Assembly (NCBI GenBank): GCA_947631475.1
Contig: CANRLI010000001.1
Span: 1-57,696 of the forward strand
Direction of reading: 5' to 3'
Length of the DNA: 57,696 bases
From: an uncultured Bacilli bacterium
GTDB taxonomy: Bacteria > Bacillota_I > Bacilli_A > RF39 > UBA660
Positions 28,931 through 38,537 of the stretch are shown piece after piece. The translations under genes were made by a program, and so were the position numbers. The notes under the pieces are model-generated. The model was not told the origin of the DNA and did no database searches. It saw nothing but the letters and a program-made list of their open reading frames with translations. Numbering within the stretch: position 1 is the first letter of the stretch; each line of letters begins with the position of its first letter.

Positions 28931-29130
28931 TAAATATAAAAGACATTTTCATCATAAGGACGAAAATGTCGTGGTACCACCTTAATTTCTGATATAATCA
29001 GCTCAAGATTGATAAAGGAATTACCCTATAAAGCTCCAAAAGCAAGTTCATATATTTTATCATACTAATTTACACCAACCATTAGTTCTCTTAATGACTT
29101 AATATATTACTACTCTTTTTTCAACACTTA
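28931..29130 (-). promoter_or_regulatory. T-box leader (Leu, specifier CUU) with intrinsic terminator
   Basis: On the minus strand: AAGAGAAC, then the distal hairpin ACTAAT-GGTTGGTGTAA-ATTAGT, then GAA-CTT-G (CTT = 29044-29046). The T-box core is AAATTAAGGTGGTACCACG (about 28970-28988). The terminator GACATTTTC-N11-GAAAATGTC (28942-28970) is followed by a U-run. Confidence 0.85.
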
Positions 29131-29136
29131 ATGTGT

Positions 29137-29165
29137 ATTATAAATTAACTTATTTGGAAAAGCAA
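29137..29165 (-). promoter_or_regulatory. sigma-A type promoter of the Leu T-box operon (TTGCTT-17-TATAAT)
   Basis: -35 at 29160-29165 and -10 at 29137-29142, immediately after the stop of the upstream ORF. Confidence 0.55.
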
Positions 29166-29168
29166 GAC

Positions 29169-29663
29169 TTAACGAGATGGACCATGTGGAGCATTGGTAT
29201 CGTTATATGTAATACCATTGTCCATTGCAAAAAGGTGCATTTCGGCAGTAAAGTCTTTATCATCATAATAGCCAATTTTCCTTAAATATGAATAATAAAT
29301 ATTAGCAGCTTGCATTTTTCTAACGGCAAGTTGACGTTCGTCGATTTTACCAAGTTCAAAAGCTCTTTGAGCAGCTATTAAACGATTTCTAAAGGCGCTA
29401 GAATGAAAGCTATTAGTTAAATAATAACGAACACCAATTAAAGTTCCAGCTAAGATACCTTTCTTTTGAATTGAATATTTAAAATTACGTTGTATATTAC
29501 CAGTATAAGTTATATAGGCCTCCATTGGACTAGTAGTAGGCGATAAGCTCTTACCACCCACTGCTGGAGCATAATGGTTAATAGCATGACCATTTATATA
29601 AGTTGTTCTTGCCCCACGACGTGGTCCACCAGATGGTCCGCCAAATCTTCTAGGTCCTGGCAT
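29169..29663 (-). CDS. hypothetical protein with Gly/Pro/Arg-rich N-terminus
   Basis: AGGGGA SD. MPGPRRFGGPSGGPRRGARTT is followed by a globular-looking region. No family recognised. Confidence 0.5.
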   Translation of the reverse strand: MPGPRRFGGPSGGPRRGARTTYINGHAINHYAPAVGGKSLSPTTSPMEAYITYTGNIQRNFKYSIQKKGILAGTLIGVRYYLTNSFHSSAFRNRLIAAQRAFELGKIDERQLAVRKMQAANIYYSYLRKIGYYDDKDFTAEMHLFAMDNGITYNDTNAPHGPSR

Positions 29664-29701
29664 AAAATCATCCCCTTACTAAGGCTATTATAACCATATT
29701 T

Positions 29702-32182
29702 TTAAATTTGTGCAACATACTCTAATAATTTCATAAACATATTAACAAAGGTACGATCAAGACCTTGTTTTTGCAATTTCTTAATTTCAACACGCTTTTT
29801 ATCAATGGTTGTATTAGCAAAGACAATACGACTTATCTTCTCTTTTAAAACAGTCTTAATTTGTAAATCAGAAATGATAGAATCAATATCTTCGTTGATA
29901 AGGCGAACTGCATCTATTTCAATGTCTTTACCTTTACAGTTAATTGTCAATTGTTTAGCAGTTGGGACATCATTGACTTCCACTATGAAGTCGGTATCTT
30001 CAATATAATGTTCACTTGAAACTTTTTCGTTATCAATGTAAACAATAACATCATTAGCTTCACGAGTATTTCTAAATCTAATACGATAATTTCGTTTAGC
30101 AGGGATTATACCAGTCTTACCTTCAACAGGTCGGATGATTAAAGTATAATTATTTAACATATAATTATAATCTACTCTAGTTAATAAGTAGTAGCCTTCT
30201 TTATAAAGATTACTATAGCCATCATCTTCATATAGATTATATTGATTACTTTTACCTGGGAAAACATGGACTTCCATAGTTTTAGGGGCATTTGTAACAT
30301 TCATATTGTTTTCTAAATCAGCCATACATATAATGGAACCATCTCGAGCAAAGACAGGATAGTCTTCATCTTTATAGAATAAAATATATCTTTTATTACC
30401 TAAATATTTTTTACCAGTTTTAAAATCATACCAAGTTCCCTTCGGAAGAAAGATTCGTTCAACAGAGCGGTTCATGACAATATCTTTAGGTTTAGTAATA
30501 GGAGCAACAAATAATTCAGAGCCAAAATAATATTCATTTTTGTAATCTATTTCATCATATATTTCAGGATACTGATAATATAAGGGTTGAACTAAAGGTA
30601 AACCTACTTTATGGTATTTGTAAGCTTCAGAATAAATATAAGGAATTAAACGATGTCTTTGTTGGCAATAAGCTCTAACGATGTTTAAAGTTTTAACATC
30701 CCACATCCAAGGGGCCCTTTTATAATAACGACCATATTTGGCACTAAATCTAAATATAGGACTATAAGTACCATATTGAACATATCTTATATATAATTCC
30801 GAATCTTCTATACCTTCTTTGTATCCACCTATATCATGACTCCACCATGATAGACCTAAGTTTGATGAAGTACTATTAAAGTAAGGTAAAGTTCTTAAAG
30901 TATTCCAACTTACTAAAGTTGCTCCACTATAATGGACAGGATATAAATGAGGGGCATATGTACTAGTTCGACTTAAGATAAGGGGTCTTTGATCTTCCAT
31001 TTTGTTAAAATCAGTAAAGTGATAATAATTTAAAGCATCATTAGATGTTCTATCTTTTAAATTACGATAATTTATCCAAAACAAATCAATACCCATTTTA
31101 TATAATGGATCTATTAATTCATCAAAGTAAGCAATCATTAATTCTTTATCATATACATTAAAAGGAATAGTTTGTTTGTCAGCGATTCCAACTTTTTTAG
31201 CTATTTCATCAAAACGTGGTTCATAAGGATGAATACCTTCACTAGGGTCTAAACTTAAGCCAATTCTAACTCCACGGTCATGTAAATATTGAGTTAATTC
31301 GGCTGGTTTAGGAAATAATTCACGATTAAAGGTAAATCCTGAATTAAAACGGGATAAGTTATTCTTATCTTTTAAGTGCCAGTTATCTCCTAAAAGTAAA
31401 ATACTAAGAGGAATTTTATTTTTATTAAAATCAGTTAAAAGTTTTTGAATATCAGTAAAATTATATAAATCATTTTTATTCCACCATATACCAAGAGCAT
31501 AACGAGGAATTAAAGGAGGCATACCAGTTAAAGTAAAATAGCTTTGTAGACAGTTACCAAAATCTTTATTATACATAAAGACATATATATCGATTCTTTT
31601 ATGGTCATTAAAAATGATACTACCATCTTCAGCTAAGAAATTGGATTTAGAATCATCAATTGAAACAAAGCCATCAGCAGAATAAAGCCCCTTAGCTTTA
31701 GCAACAAGAATATCTTCTACTTTTCTTTTAACTTGTTTGAAATCTTGAACATCGCTAGCTTCAATAAAAGGATCAGTCGTATGGTCAATATTAGCAATAA
31801 TTCCTTTGTAATTACGAGCTTCAGGATGACCATAGTACCATTCTTTATTTGCAGCATCTAATAATTTAATTCGCAATATACTATCAGGAGAATATTTATT
31901 ACCAGCAAAAGACTTTTCTTTTTCATATCGTAAATTAAAATATTTAGTAGTAATATCTAAGATACGTTCATTTTGATCAACTTTCATTTGAGGAATTGGA
32001 AAGTTCCTAAATTTAGCAAATTCCGTTGGGCGATCTTCAAAATACCCTTCTTCACTAAATTCTAGACGAACTAATAAATCACTTAAGATAGTGATACGAT
32101 AAAATTGGCCTTTAAAGACCGTTTGGGGTTTACTTACAGCATTTTGGTAATCTACTTTAAAATGTTCTTTAAAATCAGACAT
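29702..32182 (-). CDS. glycoside hydrolase family 31 (alpha-glucosidase/alpha-xylosidase type)
   Basis: WWSHDIGGY, a C-terminal VHVFPG...YNLYEDDG beta-sandwich motif, and an N-terminal RITILSDLLVRLEF domain typical of GH31. GGAGGTG SD. Confidence 0.8.
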   Translation of the reverse strand: MSDFKEHFKVDYQNAVSKPQTVFKGQFYRITILSDLLVRLEFSEEGYFEDRPTEFAKFRNFPIPQMKVDQNERILDITTKYFNLRYEKEKSFAGNKYSPDSILRIKLLDAANKEWYYGHPEARNYKGIIANIDHTTDPFIEASDVQDFKQVKRKVEDILVAKAKGLYSADGFVSIDDSKSNFLAEDGSIIFNDHKRIDIYVFMYNKDFGNCLQSYFTLTGMPPLIPRYALGIWWNKNDLYNFTDIQKLLTDFNKNKIPLSILLLGDNWHLKDKNNLSRFNSGFTFNRELFPKPAELTQYLHDRGVRIGLSLDPSEGIHPYEPRFDEIAKKVGIADKQTIPFNVYDKELMIAYFDELIDPLYKMGIDLFWINYRNLKDRTSNDALNYYHFTDFNKMEDQRPLILSRTSTYAPHLYPVHYSGATLVSWNTLRTLPYFNSTSSNLGLSWWSHDIGGYKEGIEDSELYIRYVQYGTYSPIFRFSAKYGRYYKRAPWMWDVKTLNIVRAYCQQRHRLIPYIYSEAYKYHKVGLPLVQPLYYQYPEIYDEIDYKNEYYFGSELFVAPITKPKDIVMNRSVERIFLPKGTWYDFKTGKKYLGNKRYILFYKDEDYPVFARDGSIICMADLENNMNVTNAPKTMEVHVFPGKSNQYNLYEDDGYSNLYKEGYYLLTRVDYNYMLNNYTLIIRPVEGKTGIIPAKRNYRIRFRNTREANDVIVYIDNEKVSSEHYIEDTDFIVEVNDVPTAKQLTINCKGKDIEIDAVRLINEDIDSIISDLQIKTVLKEKISRIVFANTTIDKKRVEIKKLQKQGLDRTFVNMFMKLLEYVAQI

Positions 32183-32436
32183 ACTTGCACCTCCACTATT
32201 ATTCTAATTATACTATAAAATTGATTAGCGACTATCATTTTATAGTAGATTTTTATTAATTAAATCATGATAACTAGTTTAGAGAAAGGCTTTCAAAAAT
32301 TAAGAAAATGGAATATTGATGTTTAAAACCCTTTTTATTCTAGTTTCATAATATTCTTATATAGGTATTATATCAAAAAAAGAGGTTTAATACACTAATT
32401 AAAATTAAAAATGATATAATACTTGGCGGTGAGGCT

Positions 32437-33354
32437 ATGTTTAAGTATTCATTGGATAATAAAAGATATCATACTTTAAATTACTATTATAAAGAAAAAT
32501 ATGGAAAGAAGACGTTTAAGGTTTCGTTAAATGCAGGTTTTTCATGTCCTAATAAAGTCAATGGTCAGGGGTGTATTTTTTGTTCAAAATTAGGATCAGG
32601 AGATTTTGCGGGACCAAAAGATAAAGATTTGGTTACTCAATTTAATGAAGTAAAGGAAATAATGGAAAAGAAATGGCCAAATAGTTATTATATAGGTTAT
32701 TTTCAAGCTAATACGAATACTTTTGCACCCGTGGATATTTTAAAAGAAAAATATGAAACAATTTTAAAATTGCCTAATGTCGTAGGTTTAAATATTGCAA
32801 CGAGAAGTGATTGTATATCTAAAGAATGTTATGAATATTTAAGTGATTTAAATAAAAGAACAGATTTGACAATTGAACTGGGTTTACAATCATGTAAAAA
32901 AGAAACATTAGAATTAATTAACCGAGGCCATGATTTAAATAATTTTACCAAAGCAGTCAAAGAATTACAAAAAAGACATATTAAAGTGGTTGTTCATATT
33001 ATAAATGGTTTACCTAATGAAACAGAAGATGATATGTTAAATACAGTTAAATATTTAAATAGTTTAAAAATTGATGGTCTTAAAATTCATATGTTGCATA
33101 TTTTAAAAGATACTCCATTAGCTGATTATTATGAGCAAACGAAATTTCATCTTTTAAGTAAAGAAGAATATGTTGATATCGTTATTAAGCAATTAGAGTT
33201 ATTAGATCCACAGATAGTAATTCATCGTATAACAGGTGATCCTAAAAAAGAGGATTTAATAGGTCCTCGTTGGTTATTAAAAAAATTTTGTGTGTTAAAT
33301 GAAATTGATAAGGAAATGAAAAAACGTAATACTTATCAAGGAATTAAGTGTTAA
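32437..33354 (+). CDS. TIGR01212-family radical SAM protein (YtqA-like)
   Basis: GFSCPNKVNGQGCIFC cluster and family-typical length and C-terminal HRITGDP. Confidence 0.8.
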   Translation: MFKYSLDNKRYHTLNYYYKEKYGKKTFKVSLNAGFSCPNKVNGQGCIFCSKLGSGDFAGPKDKDLVTQFNEVKEIMEKKWPNSYYIGYFQANTNTFAPVDILKEKYETILKLPNVVGLNIATRSDCISKECYEYLSDLNKRTDLTIELGLQSCKKETLELINRGHDLNNFTKAVKELQKRHIKVVVHIINGLPNETEDDMLNTVKYLNSLKIDGLKIHMLHILKDTPLADYYEQTKFHLLSKEEYVDIVIKQLELLDPQIVIHRITGDPKKEDLIGPRWLLKKFCVLNEIDKEMKKRNTYQGIKC

Positions 33355-33360
33355 TAATAT

Positions 33361-34293
33361 CTATCTAATTAAAATATAAATACAATATATGATATACAAA
33401 AGTAACATACTAAGGCCTTCACGACGATTTATTTGTAAATCATGAAAGTATAAATAAACTAAGAAAGAACCAATTATTAAAAGGGCTAAATCAATTAAGG
33501 AATCAAGATTAAGGAGTAAAGGGTTTATTAAGCTACTAAAACCAAGAACAAATAAAATATTAAATATATTGCTACCAATAACATTGCCAACAGCAATATC
33601 TTCTTTTCCTTTAATGGCCGCTACAAGCGAGGTACATAATTCAGGTAACGAAGTCCCAACAGCAACAATTGTAAGGCCTATTACTCGTTCACTTAAGCCA
33701 AGAAGACGAGCGATAGAAACTGCTGAGTTGACAGTTAACTCGCCACCAAAAATAATTAGAAGTAAGCCCCCAATGATAAAAAATAAATCAAGAACATGAA
33801 AAGAACTTTCAGGTGTGGCATTATTTGGTGATTGATCAGCATTTTTAATTAAATAACGTAGATAAAAAAATAACATTAAGATTAAAATAAGGCCATTAAG
33901 ACGACTGATTAATAAAAGATCTTTGAATATATAGTTAATCATAATAAAGGCAAATAAGATAAGGGAAAAAAAGATTGAAAGACGATAATCTTTTTTGATA
34001 ACCTTAGAAGAAGCCTTAACCTTTTTAAATAAGGATGTTAAACCTAAAACGACAAATAAATTAAATATATTAGAACCGATAATATTGGAAACGGATAAGT
34101 CAGAAGAATTATTTATAGCGGCAGTAATACTGATAGCGGCTTCAGGAGCTGAGGTACCGAAAGCTACTAAAGTTAGACCAATTACAACGGAAGGAACTTT
34201 AAAATATTGGGCTAGATTTGAACTACCCTCAACAAAAAAATCAGCTCCTTTTATAAGCAGAATAAACCCAATAATTAAGAGTATATATACCAT
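33361..34293 (-). CDS. CaCA-family sodium/calcium antiporter (YrbG-like)
   Basis: Two alpha-repeats, GTSAPEAAIS and GTSLPELCTS; about 10 TM helices. Confidence 0.85.
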   Translation of the reverse strand: MVYILLIIGFILLIKGADFFVEGSSNLAQYFKVPSVVIGLTLVAFGTSAPEAAISITAAINNSSDLSVSNIIGSNIFNLFVVLGLTSLFKKVKASSKVIKKDYRLSIFFSLILFAFIMINYIFKDLLLISRLNGLILILMLFFYLRYLIKNADQSPNNATPESSFHVLDLFFIIGGLLLIIFGGELTVNSAVSIARLLGLSERVIGLTIVAVGTSLPELCTSLVAAIKGKEDIAVGNVIGSNIFNILFVLGFSSLINPLLLNLDSLIDLALLIIGSFLVYLYFHDLQINRREGLSMLLLYIIYCIYILIR

Positions 34294-34403
34294 AATTTCT
34301 CCTTTAATAAAAAGCTTTATAATTACTTATAAGGCTTATCTGCTAAATTATATGCATAATATTATCTATCATACATGGTATTTTAAATAATTATTTTGAA
34401 CAA

Positions 34404-34429
34404 ATAAAAAAAGTCTTAATTAAAGACTT
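34404..34429 (-). terminator. rho-independent terminator after tRNA-Gln
   Basis: Minus strand reads AAGTCTT-TAATT-AAGACTT followed by TTTTTTT. Confidence 0.7.
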
Positions 34430-34439
34430 AATATATATC

Positions 34440-34515
34440 TGGTTACCCCAGTAGGATTCGAACCTACGGAATGTCAGGGTCAGAGCCTGATGCCTTACCA
34501 CTTGGCGATGGGGTA
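34440..34515 (-). tRNA. tRNA-Gln (anticodon CUG), CCA encoded
   Basis: Hand-folded cloverleaf. Acceptor TACCCCA/TGGGGTA (U1-A72), D-arm GCC-AAGTGGTAA-GGC as in bacterial tRNA-Gln, anticodon arm TCAGG-CTCTGAC-CCTGA, T-arm GTAGG-TTCGAAT-CCTAC, and 3' ACCA. It has one extra nt in the variable region compared with E. coli tRNA-Gln2. Confidence 0.85.
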
Positions 34516-34589
34516 ATAACTAAAAAAATTATAACACTATTATAAACTTTTTTAAATAAAATGTTATAATAAATGTAGGCCGTGGTATT

Positions 34590-35168
34590 ATGGAAAATAT
34601 TGTAAATACATTTTTAAAAATAGTAAGTTACTTTCAGTATAATTCATTTGTCGTTTTAACTTATTTCTTTATTGCCTTAGGGGCATTAATGTTAAATAAA
34701 CTTACTAATAATAAAAGTAATGAATTATTATTTTTGTGTCGTCGTTCATCATTTTTTAATCCGTTAACTTACCTACGATTAATAACCCATTCTATTGGTC
34801 ATAAAAATTTTAAACATTTTTTTAATAACTTTTCATATATACTTATATTAGGTCCAATGATTGAAGAAAAATATGGCAGTTTAAATCTATTATATATGAT
34901 AATATTAACTTCTTTAGTAATTGGGATTGTTAATACAATTTTTAGTAAAAAAGGTATTTTAGGAGCTAGTGGTATAACTTTTATGATGATTGTCTTGAGT
35001 TCTTTTGTTAATTTTCAAGCTGGTAAAATACCAATTACTTTAGCTTTAATTTGTCTTTTCCATGTAGTAGAAGAAATAATAAATTTGCGTAAAAGAGATG
35101 GAGTATCACATTTAGGTCATTTTGTAGGAGCTATTTGTGGAGGAATCTTTGGCTTTTATTTTTTATAG
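34590..35168 (+). CDS. rhomboid-family intramembrane serine protease
   Basis: GASGITFMMI (GxSG catalytic Ser) and HLGHFVGAICGG (catalytic His helix); 6 TM helices. Confidence 0.8.
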   Translation: MENIVNTFLKIVSYFQYNSFVVLTYFFIALGALMLNKLTNNKSNELLFLCRRSSFFNPLTYLRLITHSIGHKNFKHFFNNFSYILILGPMIEEKYGSLNLLYMIILTSLVIGIVNTIFSKKGILGASGITFMMIVLSSFVNFQAGKIPITLALICLFHVVEEIINLRKRDGVSHLGHFVGAICGGIFGFYFL

Positions 35169-35180
35169 TGGGGTGATGTA

Positions 35181-35906
35181 ATGGATAATTTGTTTTTAAA
35201 AGAAGTAGTTTTTAATAAAGAAGCAGTCGATGATTTAAATCAATACCCTTTTAATATTCCACTTATCAAAGATTTTGATAAATTAGAATTTAAAGCACCC
35301 GTAACTTTTTTAATAGGTGAAAATGGGGTTGGTAAATCGACTTTTATTGAAGCCTTAGCTATAGCTTGTGGTTTAAATCCCGAGGGTGGTACAGAAAACT
35401 TTATGTTTAGTACAAGAGAAAGTCACTCTAATCTATATAAATATTTTGAAATTAATCACTTTCAAAAGAAAGTAATAACTAAATTCTTTTTACGGGCTGA
35501 GAGTTTTTATAATGTAGCCACGGAGATTGATAACTTAGGAATTGGCGGCTACGGGACATCTAGTTTACATGCATGTTCTCATGGTGAATCTTTTTTAAAA
35601 CTTATACAAAATCGTTTTACGAAAGATGGTCTATATATTCTAGATGAACCAGAAGCAGCTTTATCACCATCACGCCAAATGACTTTATTATGTTTAATAG
35701 ATGATTTAGTAAAAAAAGGTTGTCAATTTATTATTGCAACGCACTCCCCTATTTTAATTGCTTATCGTAATGGGCAAATTCTAGATTTAGATCAGCACTT
35801 TACCGAAGTAAAATATGAAAATACGGAAATATATCAAACATATAAATTATTCTTAAATAATTATTTAGAAATGCAAAGAAGATTATTTGATGTTGAGGAG
35901 GAATAA
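35181..35906 (+). CDS. stand-alone ABC-fold ATPase (COG3910-like predicted ATPase)
   Basis: Walker A GENGVGKST, signature-like SHGESF, Walker B ILDEPEAALS and H-loop ATHSP. No TM or substrate domain. Confidence 0.7.
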   Translation: MDNLFLKEVVFNKEAVDDLNQYPFNIPLIKDFDKLEFKAPVTFLIGENGVGKSTFIEALAIACGLNPEGGTENFMFSTRESHSNLYKYFEINHFQKKVITKFFLRAESFYNVATEIDNLGIGGYGTSSLHACSHGESFLKLIQNRFTKDGLYILDEPEAALSPSRQMTLLCLIDDLVKKGCQFIIATHSPILIAYRNGQILDLDQHFTEVKYENTEIYQTYKLFLNNYLEMQRRLFDVEEE

Positions 35907-35908
35907 AA

Positions 35909-36679
35909 ATGAATATTATTGAAGATGAATATTTTTTAAAATTTACAAAATTAAATGAGTATCCAGAATTAGGACATTTTAGTACGAAAAGGCCTTTTTC
36001 TTTAGTCTATAATGATAGCTTAGAGGATAAAAATAAAAAAGTGGCTTTTTTACAAGATAAAATAGATAGTCCTTTTGATAAATATATTTTAGCTAAACAA
36101 GAGCATACAACGAAGGTAGTTAAAGTAACAGAAGAGAATATTAATGATTCTTTTATTGGGGTTGATGGATTAATTACTAATTTAAAAGGTGTAGCACTAT
36201 TTATAACAACAGCTGATTGTCAACCTATTTTAGTATATGATCCTGTTAAAAAGGTTATTGCCAATGTTCATTCTGGGTGGAAAGGTACTTTAAATAAAAT
36301 AATTGTTAATGCTATTAAAATGATGGAAAGCGCGTATGATTGTAACCCACAAGATATGATTGTCTGTATTGCACCAAGTATCCAAAAATGTTGTTTTGAA
36401 GTCGATGAAGATGTAATGATGCAATTTAAAAATAGTTTTGACGATATTAACGAAGATATTGTAAAAGGCGAGATAAAAGATGGTAAACAAAAATACCTTA
36501 TTGATACCATAAATATTAACCGCAAAGTTTTACTTAAGCTAGGTTTAAAGGATGAAAATATTATCGATTGTCAGATATGTACAAAGCATTATCACGATAC
36601 TTATCATTCTTTTAGAGCCAAAGATTTAGGCTTTGAAAAAGACCGAAATATTACAGCTATTTGGTTAAAAAATGAGTAA
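35909..36679 (+). CDS. pgeF: peptidoglycan editing factor PgeF (YfiH/DUF152 laccase-domain protein)
   Basis: TADCQPIL, HSGWKGT and a C-terminal CT..YHDTYHSFR pattern of the family. Confidence 0.85.
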   Translation: MNIIEDEYFLKFTKLNEYPELGHFSTKRPFSLVYNDSLEDKNKKVAFLQDKIDSPFDKYILAKQEHTTKVVKVTEENINDSFIGVDGLITNLKGVALFITTADCQPILVYDPVKKVIANVHSGWKGTLNKIIVNAIKMMESAYDCNPQDMIVCIAPSIQKCCFEVDEDVMMQFKNSFDDINEDIVKGEIKDGKQKYLIDTININRKVLLKLGLKDENIIDCQICTKHYHDTYHSFRAKDLGFEKDRNITAIWLKNE

Positions 36680-36736
36680 TAAGTTGATTTTAATAAATTA
36701 ATTGTTATAATATGCTATAAGTTTAGGGGGATAAAA

Positions 36737-38518
36737 ATGCTAAATAGTAACACATTACATAAATTTAATAAAGAATTTAATAAAAATATTGGTTTTTATA
36801 TTGCTGATTATATTAACAAAAATAATGTAAGTCAAAAGGAACTGAAAATTATTTTAGCAGAAAACAACTTTTTTTCTATTTTACTAAATAAAGATAACGG
36901 TAATTCAGAAATGAAAAAGAGATATCAACTATCACGCATTATTAATGAGCCCCGTTCGAAATGGGATACAAGTGAGCATTTTTTTATTGATTTTGGTTTA
37001 TTATCACAACTAGTAGAAGAAGTACATTTAAATACTATAGAGAAAGCAGAGATTATTTTTCATGTTTTAGAAAGAAATTTACATTGTCATTTAATTAATG
37101 CTTGTTTTGATGAAGAAAAGAATAACCTATGTCAACTATCTAAACAAGCATGTAATGTAGATATTTTAAGTATTGCTAAAAATCATTTAGAAATTAAGCG
37201 TCATTATTTTGATAAACTACCTAATTTAAGTGAAGAAGATATCGAGATTGTCATTAATATTTTAAGAGAATACAATTTAAATGATCAAATATGTGATGAA
37301 GTAAAAGGTCTTTTAATTCGTACTTCTTTACCCTTCTTAAAAAAATTACATTATATGGTGGGCAATTCAATAAATAGCACAGCATTATCGTTGCAAAATG
37401 ATAGCCAATTTATTACGATGAATGAAATTAGAAGTGTCTTTAGTGCTGCGCTTTATGCATGGTTAACTTATCCTGAAACTGTTCATAATAATAAAATAGT
37501 TATATGTTCTTTTCAAAATGTGGAGTATCTTTTAGGGAAAAATTTTGGAGCTAAAGATTTTTTCAATATTTTATGTTATATTGCTAAAAGTAATATCGAA
37601 ATGGGAATTTTAACAGAAGCGAGGCAACCATATAATTTAAATCTTGACCGTTTAAAACAAGTTTATCAAATGTATTACAAAAATAATTTGACAGACGGGC
37701 CATCGTTTAGTCAATTTTGTGATAAAATTGCGCAAATTTATCGAGTAGCTATATTTACAACTCCTGTCAAACAGGGAGTTACTGATTTAATCGATAGTAA
37801 TGATATTGATTACCCACTTACCCAGGAAGCTCACCAAATATTAAAAGATCATTATTTTACTAAAAAAGATAATTTTAATAATGATGATATTTTTATGATT
37901 GGAATAGCTTTTGGTAAATTAGGTATATCCCCTAAAGGGCTTAAAATGATAGATGAATTTTTAAATGACGAACTAAAATCCCGTGAACAATCAAGAGAAA
38001 AGGAAACGCCACATAATTTAGAAACTAGCCAAAGACAAAGTAATTGGCAAGTAAATGAAACCAAAGCAAAGCCAACTTTAAGTAAAAAAGCTTATAACCA
38101 GATTTTTAGGGAAATATTAACTTATTTTAATATAAAAGAAATGAAAGCTTTTAGGTATTTAACTGTTGATGAAATTATTTATTGTATTAATTTAATGAAA
38201 AAAATTGGGTTAGCAGATGAAATAATTGATACTTTTATAAATAAGACCGAAAAAGAAAATCGAAAATATGAAATTAATCCTTTAAATAGATATAGCGAAT
38301 TATTACAAAAAATGGAATATTACAGTACTAATCCGCAAATAATGCATATCTTAAATGATTTAAAAGAAGCTTATGAAGCTATTAAATTAGATGAAAATGA
38401 TCCATTTTACGAAGAATTTATTGCTAGTGGAATGGCAGAAATAATGAAGTTAATTCCGGAAAATCATGAATATGAAATGATGAAAGCTTTAAAGTTAGTT
38501 AATCAAGATAATAAATAA
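36737..38518 (+). CDS. hypothetical 593-aa protein
   Basis: AGGGGGA SD. The N-terminal ~60 aa look HTH-like (IGFYIADYINKNNVSQKELKIIL). The rest is helical with no motif I recognise. Confidence 0.5.
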   Translation: MLNSNTLHKFNKEFNKNIGFYIADYINKNNVSQKELKIILAENNFFSILLNKDNGNSEMKKRYQLSRIINEPRSKWDTSEHFFIDFGLLSQLVEEVHLNTIEKAEIIFHVLERNLHCHLINACFDEEKNNLCQLSKQACNVDILSIAKNHLEIKRHYFDKLPNLSEEDIEIVINILREYNLNDQICDEVKGLLIRTSLPFLKKLHYMVGNSINSTALSLQNDSQFITMNEIRSVFSAALYAWLTYPETVHNNKIVICSFQNVEYLLGKNFGAKDFFNILCYIAKSNIEMGILTEARQPYNLNLDRLKQVYQMYYKNNLTDGPSFSQFCDKIAQIYRVAIFTTPVKQGVTDLIDSNDIDYPLTQEAHQILKDHYFTKKDNFNNDDIFMIGIAFGKLGISPKGLKMIDEFLNDELKSREQSREKETPHNLETSQRQSNWQVNETKAKPTLSKKAYNQIFREILTYFNIKEMKAFRYLTVDEIIYCINLMKKIGLADEIIDTFINKTEKENRKYEINPLNRYSELLQKMEYYSTNPQIMHILNDLKEAYEAIKLDENDPFYEEFIASGMAEIMKLIPENHEYEMMKALKLVNQDNK

Positions 38519-38537
38519 ACTAGTTAAAAAAAAGAAA

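Noticed and set aside
28917-28955. ATG-started extension (MMKMSFIFKRSEN) of the small membrane ORF
   Set aside because: It overlaps the 3' arm of the Leu T-box terminator hairpin. The in-frame GTG at 28916 has an AAGGAG SD at ideal spacing.
34440-34515. tRNA-Gln as an integration site for a genomic island
   Set aside because: I found no partial direct repeat of the tRNA 3' end elsewhere in the window and no integrase. The genes on both sides (CaCA antiporter, rhomboid, PgeF) are housekeeping.
35181-35906. Stand-alone ABC-fold ATPase considered as a defence ATPase (OLD/PARIS/Septu-like)
   Set aside because: It is only 241 aa with no nuclease or partner gene, and it is embedded between rhomboid and pgeF in an apparently housekeeping operon. 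It resembles the widespread COG3910-type ATPase.
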